From contig CP075495.1 in assembly GCA_021613535.1 (NCBI GenBank), positions 6,944,001-7,008,000 on the forward strand: DNA of 64,000 nt, given 5' to 3'. A program made the position numbers and the translations under genes. The notes under the pieces are model-generated. The model was not told the origin of the DNA, did no database searches, and saw only the letters and a list, made by a program, of their open reading frames with translations. The stretch comes from Adineta vaga (lineage: Eukaryota; Animalia; Rotifera). Positions 50,901 through 64,000 of this stretch are shown one piece after another (position 1 is the stretch's first letter; the number at the start of each line of letters is the position of its first letter).

Positions 50901-53344
50901 AACAAAAAAACGAAAACAAGTGAATAGATTGCATTTTTTGAACTCAAATCATTTTGGTTTTTTAGTCTCAACTACAAGAAACAATTCGAACAGAATTAAT
51001 TCCGGGACATCGTGGTGATCTTGATGTCGATGAACTTGTCATGTTTATTGATGGAAATCCACCTAAACAACGTCAAAATTCAGCATCAGTACATTCAACT
51101 GATACAACTAAATCGAAATTAAACCCATTAAATGATTTAAATAGTAACAAAGCAACCGTTCGAAAGAAGTCACGAAAACCTACGAAAATTCTTCAGCAAT
51201 CAATATCAATTACAGATGATCATGAAAATGATACATCACTTTATGTAACATCTAATGAACAAAATCTTGAAACAAACAGTTTGAATGATGAAGAACAAAC
51301 AAACACTCATTCAATTGTCGATATTACAAATCAATCCTTAGAACATAGACATTTATCATCATCATCAGCAATAACAACAACAACAACTAGTAATGAACAA
51401 CATTCAGATACAGTTAACAGCACGACAATAGATATGACTGTAAGTGTTGTGTGAAAAAAATAGTTTGTTTTCTTTCATTGTCATCTAATATTGGATAAGT
51501 ATCAATAGCCTTGAAAACTAATGTCATAGATAGTACAGAGAAAATTATTGGAATCTTTTGATTTACAATGGATTTATGTTTATTTTTATAGAATGGTAAA
51601 ACTTCATTACCGAATTGGTTTGAACAAACTCGTAATCTTTGTCCACCAAATGAAGATCATAATTCATTTTCTCTTCTATCGTCAACAATTGCTAATAATT
51701 CGAACAGTGAACCTATCTCTGAACCATTTGTAACTGTAACACATCGTCGTCGTTTAATTAAAGAACGTCGTCAAGATAATAATTCATCTTCAGCACGTTC
51801 ATTTCGTTTTTCACCAGCATCATCGTCCTATTCTTCAAATATCAACGATAAACGACGTATTCCTTCTGTAACGCAAAATGGAATGTCACGTCCATATGCA
51901 CATCAAAATCTTTCGAATAATAATAAACCGATGAATTCTTCGATATCGATAGAAGAAACTAAGAACAAGAATAATGATAATAATAATAATAATAATAATA
52001 ACAACAACAACAACAATTCAGTTATTTCTGAATCTGTATCTCAACAGTCTCCATTAGTATCAACATCATCAGCGACAGTTATAAATCCTCCTCATGATTT
52101 AACGCTAGAAAAACGACAATCATCTCCTCGTCTCTCATCTCATTCATCGTCCTCATCCTTATCATCGTTAATAAAACGACAATCAAAACCTCCTCCTGTT
52201 GTCTTTCTAAACAAATCTGTTGATGTCGAATTAAACGATGTTTCATTTGGATTTGATCTTGATTCAACTCCATTAAATATATCATCGGACGAAACAAATG
52301 AAAAGTCCTCGACAAATGATCTTCATCCCGAACCTACGAATACATCCATATTACCAACGACTGAATCTACCGAATCGACATATTCAGAAACAGAAAAATC
52401 TCCTCGAAAATCTCAACAACGAAATTATCGTGGTTCACAATTCTATTCAGGTTCTGACATTCGTCCACATCATCATCGTACTTATCCATCTCAACCACTG
52501 CCACCCCAATCATCATACATTGATCCACTCTTATTTCTTCAATATAATCAACAACGTTTGGCGTCTTATTCTCATCCATTGGCCTACATGAACTTAATAC
52601 GTGGACAATATGTAACGCCTCAATCTCAATACGTTTATCTACCAACTAATTATCCAAATACCGTAACAGTACCAAATACAACAACACCAACATCAACGAC
52701 AACAACAAACGAAACTGATGATAATGAAGAAATCAACCAAACATCATCTGAACAGGTTCTCGAACCAGTAGTTGTTTATACGACACCCACAGGACAATTG
52801 TGTTATCATCATCCATCAATGAATAAAAAATCTTATGTTGATTCAGATCAACAACAACAGCAATCACAATCAACCTCCATTCCAACCGTATATCCAGCAG
52901 CTTCTACAGTTTATCTACCACATTATTTTTATCCTCCACAAGCACAACATTTAATTTCATCACATCCAGCTTTTTTTCAACCAATCACATCCTCCTCATC
53001 ATCGTTAATAATCGATACAAAATCCGAACAAAATGATATCGATGATGCTGATTTAGATGATGCTGATTGTGACAAATCAACAAAAGCATATTTACAAACT
53101 CGTCAACAAACATCATCAGATATCATGTCGAATGCTTTACAACTTGTCTACAGTCAACAGCGACGAAATGCTCAAACAGATCGATTCAATCTCGATGATT
53201 TAACAGCTTATTTAGCTATGAAATGGACAGATACTGTCGATCATTATGAGCAAGGTATAGTAAACGAAATCATTGTTGATATTCGAGATTTAGATTAACA
53301 TTTTTATTTCAGGTGATAATCGCATCTTATTCGTTGATGAGTAA
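47928..53344 (+). CDS. Large intrinsically disordered Ser/Asn/Thr/Gln-rich protein, multi-exon, unknown function
   Basis: Chain of same-strand ORFs (48065, about 48341, 48974, about 49698, 51041, 51883) linked by GT-AG introns; the last exon 53313-53344 ends RILFVDE*. Motif islands: IPGHRGDLDVDELVMFIDG, FVTVTHRRR, PPVVFL...VSFGFD, FNLDDLTAYLAMKW. Confidence 0.75.
51972..52017 (+). repeat. (AAT)n/(AAC)n coding microsatellite giving poly-Asn
   Basis: aatgataataataataataataataataacaacaacaacaacaat within the 471-aa ORF. Confidence 0.9.
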
Positions 53345-55059
53345 TGATAAATCAACTTTTATTGAACAAAATCATTCGAAAGAAGAAAACTTAAAATTCT
53401 TTCTATCCACTTTTACATATCCTGATTTGTACCTTTCATGTGTATGATTATGTCTTTATTCTTTTCTTTTTAATATCGACGATGAACTTAAAGCTCAAAC
53501 ACAAACCTATTGTCCTATGATGTGCAACTTTAGTCCTTTTTTTCTTTTTTCCATGTTTAAACAAAACAAAAAATATATAATTGTTCTTTTGTTTGTTTAC
53601 ATTTTCTTCTCTCGTGTGTTTATGTTTTGTTCATTCTTTTATATCACAAGTAGTATGCGTGGTCCTTTTTTCTTTCCATTTGTCTTGTTACTGTCGTTGT
53701 TGTTTTCCCAATGTGATACAAAGTTTTTCTCTTTTCTTTTTCGTTTGTGTACTATGCACTATTTTCATAGAGGATTCACGAAAAAACTTCTTTTGTTGTA
53801 CAATGAAAACTATTCGGATCGAAAAACATCGATACCCATTGAAAACAACAGTATTTTCTATCGCTGATAAAAAATACGAAATTCGTTTTTTTTCTCCTTC
53901 CTTATTCTTCTTTTTCATTATCTCGTTCGCTGCTTACTTTGTATTTCTTCTTATTTTGGCCGAGTGATATATTTATGAGCGTGGTCTCTTTTTCTATGTA
54001 TGTTTGCGGTTTTTTTCTCAACACTAAGCTTTAAAAAGAAAACTCTAGAGGATGAGTTGAGGAAATCAAAACATTAGAGAAACACTCAACTCGTGTAGAT
54101 TGAGACGATTTAAGACATAATTACTATATCAGGCATCAGTAGCAAAATACATGCTATAGCGAGCTTCCAAATGAGCGCAGTTTGATGTTTCTTTTTTTGA
54201 CTATTATGATTAGCACTAATCTATCTGTGTGTTTGATTTCTTTTTCATTTCGTTTTCTCTTTTACAAACTATGAATGTACTTTGTCTACTCACTTTCGGA
54301 TGCGTGCGTGCGTGTGTGTATGTATGCTGTTCTGTAGGCGCTCCTGTAAATTTCGCGTTGTTAACAGCTTTTTCTCATTTGATCATCGCTTTGATTGTTA
54401 CACTGCTGCTATTTGATTATTGCTTTCTCTATATAAATATATCATTTCCTCTTTGATTAACTTCATTTCATATGTTTTGCTCTTACTTTTATCTTCGCTC
54501 AATCTTTCTCATCCTATATATATATATATATAAACTTTTCCCAAACTTTAATTTGAACAACATCCAGGCAAAATAAAACCAACAAACAATAACTATACAT
54601 TATCATGCATTTTATTATTAATAAACACTAGTTGTGTTAATTTATGTTCTCGTATATAATGAGATACATTCAATAGAAACGAGATAAACTCGATTTTAAA
54701 AACTAGAAGTTAAATTATAGTCATATAAACTGCTGATAGATCATCATTTGCCCATAATTACTATTATTCTAATTAGCCATGTTGTACGTGATATTGAAAA
54801 GTTGAAGTCTAATCAAACACACGGAGGGACCGTTCTTTTTTCGATACATATATTAAGAATTACATTTTCTTGTAATAAATAAATTTCATCATACTAAATT
54901 AGTATAGTAAAAAAAAACAATCATTTCATCTCAGTGGTATATATTTAATATCGTAGAAAAAAAAACTGTCGAGTATATGTACTGGAAGAATACATATACT
55001 AGTGACGGACACACACACACAAATGTATAAAGAAACATGTACATGAAAGATGAATATTG

Positions 55060-58993
<3,934 letters not shown>

Positions 58994-59637
58994 AAACTTT
59001 CTCTCAGTCAGACAGATAAATAAATGAATATGTGTATTTCTATATGACGTGACGTAAAAGACAATGTTGAATAAATAAATAACAAAACAACACAACGCTG
59101 AATATGATTGGTAAATTTGTTTCAAAGATTGAATTAAAGAAAAACGAAAATTTCTACAATGAAAATATTGAATTAATTTTCGAGATATTTTTATTTAGTG
59201 TAAATAAAATAATGTTATTAGTGGTGGCAGCACCATCAATGTGAAATTAAAGTGATTGTGTCACTCCATATTTTTGTCCTTAATCTGGCACCGGATGTAT
59301 GGAAGATGAAAGCGAAGAGAAGTGCTCAATAATAGTTTCTTTTTTACGACCTTGTGCGTGCTCTTTAGGTCTGATTTACCATTCTTATAAAGACCATGAT
59401 TTCCTGAACATATATATATTTCATAGATGACTCTATTTAGATATATCTTTTATATTCTTCAATAACTGTATCTTGCTGTCATTTTTTTCCCCTAATAATA
59501 CAGCAAATATGACATATAATTCACATTTATGTAAGTTCATAGTTATTTATCGATTTATGACCTATTCTTTTTTTTCTAGTTTCATATAGTTATCATTTCT
59601 ATACCTCTCTTTCAATCTAAATAAGATAACTAAAATC
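58994..59637. promoter_or_regulatory. Short divergent intergenic region (putative bidirectional promoter) between RBM5/10 and Cav1
   Basis: Head-to-head start codons about 645 bp apart, with a GC-richer patch (GGTGGCAGCACC, CTGGCACCGG) at about 59220-59300. Confidence 0.4.
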
Positions 59638-62600
59638 ATGTTCAGTCCATTAACTTATTCCTACGTGACAGGTGACGAATATGATACGCGTAAGTTAATT
59701 AATTGAAATTAGATTATATTTATTAAACTTTTTTAAAGTCCCACCGTTACCGCCACAAATGAAAGCTCCACCGAAAAAAGCAGTAAGAACATTCTTTTGC
59801 ATCTTGTCTCTGTTTTCAATTGAAAATTTAGGCACATCTATTAGATATACCTACTGGTAATAATGCATGGAGTTCTGTGTTACAACAAGCCGAAGTACGA
59901 CGACGCAAACGTCTTCAAACAACTCCAGAACATCCTCGTCGTGCATTATTTTGTTTAACACTTGATAATAAATTACGTCGATCGTGTATTAAATTAGTCG
60001 AATGGAAGTATGTGATAAAATTCATATAATTAAATCGATGTTTTTTTCTTCACACAATCAAAAATGATTTGTTTTAGACCGTTTGAATATCTAGTACTAT
60101 TCACTATATTCTGTAATTGTGCTGCATTAGCTCTTAGTAAACCTTTACCAAATAATGATACAACACCAGCGAATTATATCTTAGTAAATAGAATCGAACG
60201 ATTGAAATAGGAAAAAAAGAAGATAATAATCATGTACTATTTTCTTTTCAGGAACAAATTGAATATATCTTTTTGGCAATATTTACTTTCGAAGTTATTT
60301 TGAAAATTATTGCCTATGGTTTATGTTTACATCCAAATGCATATCTAAGAAGTGGTTGGAATTTTCTTGATTTTATTATTGTTGTTGTCGGGTAAAATAG
60401 TGACTGATACGATAGGAAACTAATATTTTAGTACAATTCTTTTGTTTTTAAATAGTTTTTTAAGTGTATTTTTGGTTCGATATAATGTACAAGGTTTTGA
60501 TGTCAAATCATTACGAGCATTTCGTGTTATTCGACCATTGAAACTTGTCAATGGTGTACCGAGTAAATATATAGAAATCTATATGTTGTTTCATTGTCTG
60601 CTTTAATGGTGCTTTGTAAACATATATCTAAACTGAGCATGTCTATGTTGTTAAGTCATTCGATATGAGTGTGGTAAGAAGGAAATCTTCGAGTTCCTTA
60701 TTAAACTATTTCTGAATCTTCTATTCAAGGTTTACAAATTGTCTTGAATTCAATTTTACGAGCAATGTTACCATTGTTACATATTGCTCTATTAGTACTG
60801 TTTGTCATTATTATCTATGCTATTATTGGCCTTGAATTATTCTGTGGTAAAATGCATATGACTTGTTATTATAATGGAACAAGTAATAATCATTTTATTT
60901 TCTCAAGATGAATTTTTTTATAGAGATGAATAATTCGTTTCTGTAGATATCATGTCACGTACAGATGAAGATAGACCTTGTGGTGATAAAGGACGACGAT
61001 GTCCAGAAAATCAAGAATGTAAAGATGTTGGTTGGGCAGGTCCATGGCATGGATTTATTAATTTTGATAATTTTGGATTAGCAATGTTAACAGTATTTCA
61101 ATGTATTACAATGGAAGGATGGACATCGATATTATATAGAGTACGTATAGAATTGTCTATTTGTAAAGTTTTATTGGAAAAAGAACAAAAGAATTCTACT
61201 TTTTACAAAATATATTGTCATTTTTTTATTAATGATTTAGATGAATGATGCGATTGGACGTGATTGGGCATGGATTTATTTTGTTTCATTAATTATTATT
61301 GGATCATTTTTTGTCATGAATCTTGTCTTAGGTGTTTTAAGCGGGTATGATTGATCGTAGAAGAAATACAAGATGATTTGACGAATAAGATTTTTTTGTT
61401 TGTCTTATTAGTGAGTTTTCTAAAGAAAGAGAAAAAGCCAAACAAAGAGGTGATTTTCAAAAATTACGAGAAATTCAAATTATTGATGAATCATTTCGAA
61501 ATTATATGGCATGGATTCGGAAAGCAGGTAAATACAACAAATAGCAATCCTAAACATATCTAAATATTGTTTATTTCTATTTAGAAATTGGTGATGATGC
61601 AACTGATGCCACAGAAAATAATGGTTCGTTTTCTTTTCGTTTATAAACGAGTCATTCTTCTAATTCTAATTGTATCTTTATATAGTTGCACTAGATGCAT
61701 CAGGTGAACCAGTAAAGAAAGCACGAAGATTTGAAAAACATTGCGGATGGCTTCATACAAAATTGTATGTAATTTCATTTATATATATGTATATCAAATA
61801 TCTGAGTATTAATTTTATATAGACGTTATTTACGTGTATTTCATGCCTATACTCGACGTCGTATACATGCATTAGTTAAATCTCAAGCATTCTATTGGAT
61901 TGTAATTCTTCTGGTCTTAATGAATACAGTCGTACTTGCAACTGAATATTATGGACAACCACCATGGCTAACTGAAACACAAGGTAGTATTTGATTAAAA
62001 ATATACTGAATGACATCTAAATATAAACTCAAATATAAGAAGATTATAATTGACAAAACGTATTAATTATTCTTTAGAGGAAGGGTATTTAAGAGACTAT
62101 CGTCTATAAAGAATATATTCTACATAAACATACTATTGATATTTTAATGAGTAGAATTAATGGAGAATTCTTTTAATAATTTATATAAATCCTGAGAACA
62201 TAAGACGCTTACGGAGACAGTCGAATTCTAATGCGCTTAGAGTTTACAATGATGATAAAAATGATCTGAAGAATTGTAAAGCTCTTTTTTTCTCATGATA
62301 ATACAATTGTTGATTTCGTTTTCTTTTCTTTCTTTTTTTTTAGAAATAGCCAATCGTGTATTTGTCTATCTATTCTCATTCGAAATGTTGCTTAAAATGT
62401 ATTCACTTGGTATAACTGGTTATTTTGTATCGAATTTTAATCGTTTCGATTGTTTTGTTGTTATTGCATCAATTATTGAATTCGTTCTTATTCATTTCGG
62501 AATTATGCCCGCATTAGGTATATCGGTGCTTCGTTGTGTACGTCTCTTACGTGTTTTTAAAGTTACACGTTATTGGACAGCATTAAGAAATCTTGTTGCA

Positions 62601-64000
62601 TCTTTACTTAATTCAATGAAATCAATTGCATCTTTACTTCTTCTATTATTCTTATTTATTGTCATATTTGCATTATTGGGTATGCAAATGTTTGGAGGAA
62701 AATTCGATCAAATATTTCAAGTTGAAGAAAAACCACGAAATAATTTCGATTCATTTTGGGGCGCATTAATAACTGTTTTTCAAGTAAAAAATTTCGTCTT
62801 ATTTCTAAGATAAATAGATGTCATTTGTCTTCGCCATTGATTAGATTTTAACTGGAGAAGATTGGAATGAAGTTCTATATACAGGTATCCGTGCTCTTGG
62901 CGGCATGGGTCTTGTTGGTACTGTTGTATGCGTTTATTTTATTGTATTATTCATTTGTGGCAACTATATTTTACTGAATGTGTTTTTGGCTAGTAAGACT
63001 TTTTTTGATATATAGATTATAAACAGAAGATATAATTGAAATTTTTCAGTCGCTGTTGATAATTTGGCTGATGCTGAAAATTTAACGGCAGCTGAAGTTG
63101 AAGAACAAAAAAAACATCAAGCTGCACAAGAAGAAGAAAAGAAACGTCAAGCTGCTAAATTAAATGAAAATACTCAATTAAATGGAGATGTTCAAGAAAC
63201 AAATATGTAAGTTGAAATCATGAAGATTTAATTAATATAATTACAATTTTTCTTTTAGGAAAAAGAATAAAGAAATTGATATTGGTAAGATGATTTTCTT
63301 TTATCATAGGACATATGAAAATTTATTTGATTGTATTGTAGATACAAAAGTAAATGAAGAAACAATTGGTACATCATTAGATGAAGAAAAACAGAATCAA
63401 TTGGAACAAACAGATGATGAAATGGAAAAACAAAGATTAACTAAAGATGATGGAGAACAACCTATTGCAAGGTTTGCATGATAGAAATTTTCTCATAAAA
63501 GATCATGCAAGAATCAAGATAAATCTTCATTCGAGTAGAAAAATCCTTCGACATGATTTTGAATGATTGATATTTCGAGTGAAAACACTATGCATAATTA
63601 ATGAACTCGATGAAATACCCTCGAGAAAACAAAATGACCCATAATGAAGTTAATATCTGAAGTGATATACTTAGATGAACTATCAGATTGAGACTAATTC
63701 GTGATCATAGAGTAGAACTTATTGAAATGTATCATTGGCACGTTATAATCATGTCAAAAGATTTTGCATTAGTTTGTTCAATCATGCATAATGCAATTAA
63801 CGAATGATTCATATAGAACAATAAAATTTTTGATATTAATTTAGACCACGTCGTATATCGGAATTGAATATTGTTGAAAAAGTCAAATTAATTCCACCAC
63901 ATTCATCGTTATTTCTATTCAAACATACAAACACGTAAATTATCATTTGAATATCTTTGAATTAAATAAACATCTCATCCTTTAGATTTCGTATCTTTTG
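59638..64000 (+). CDS. CACNA1 (Cav1): Voltage-gated L-type calcium channel alpha-1 subunit (Cav1), N-terminus to II-III linker; continues past the window
   Basis: [33 protein letters not shown]4 [16 protein letters not shown], pore [13 protein letters not shown]6 [26 protein letters not shown]4 [18 protein letters not shown], pore [11 protein letters not shown] and [19 protein letters not shown] (Cav1-type). Confidence 0.95.

Noticed and set aside
53345-54560. Hydrophobic ORFs resembling membrane proteins (53517-53967, 54229-54456)
   Set aside because: They come from the T-rich 3' UTR of the upstream gene; the Phe/Leu richness is compositional.

Overview
AT-rich eukaryotic (metazoan) genomic DNA with dense genes and mostly 50-60 nt GT-AG introns. 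This architecture, plus an intron-containing gene of bacterial type, suggests a bdelloid rotifer (inference). In order: the 3' end of an unidentified, possibly bacterial-type gene; about 4.5 kb of microsatellite-rich non-coding DNA; a spliced ParA/Soj-family P-loop ATPase (likely domesticated horizontal transfer); a secreted Ly6/three-finger plus about 36-EGF protein with two ATG-only first exons, a candidate mutually exclusive exon pair and internal duplications; Girdin/Daple (CCDC88); an FLVCR-type MFS transporter; a Pro/Met/Tyr-rich orphan; U2AF65, whose one long intron holds decoy 3' splice sites, a 17-bp inverted repeat and a candidate poison exon; a small microexon orphan; GMPPA; a PAS-PAS protein with no visible bHLH; a long disordered protein with motif islands; RBM5/10; and the 5' part of an L-type Cav1 channel with a divergent AID. 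No RNA genes, CRISPR arrays or intact transposons were recognised. Exon boundaries were read by eye, and family assignments come from remembered motifs, not database searches.
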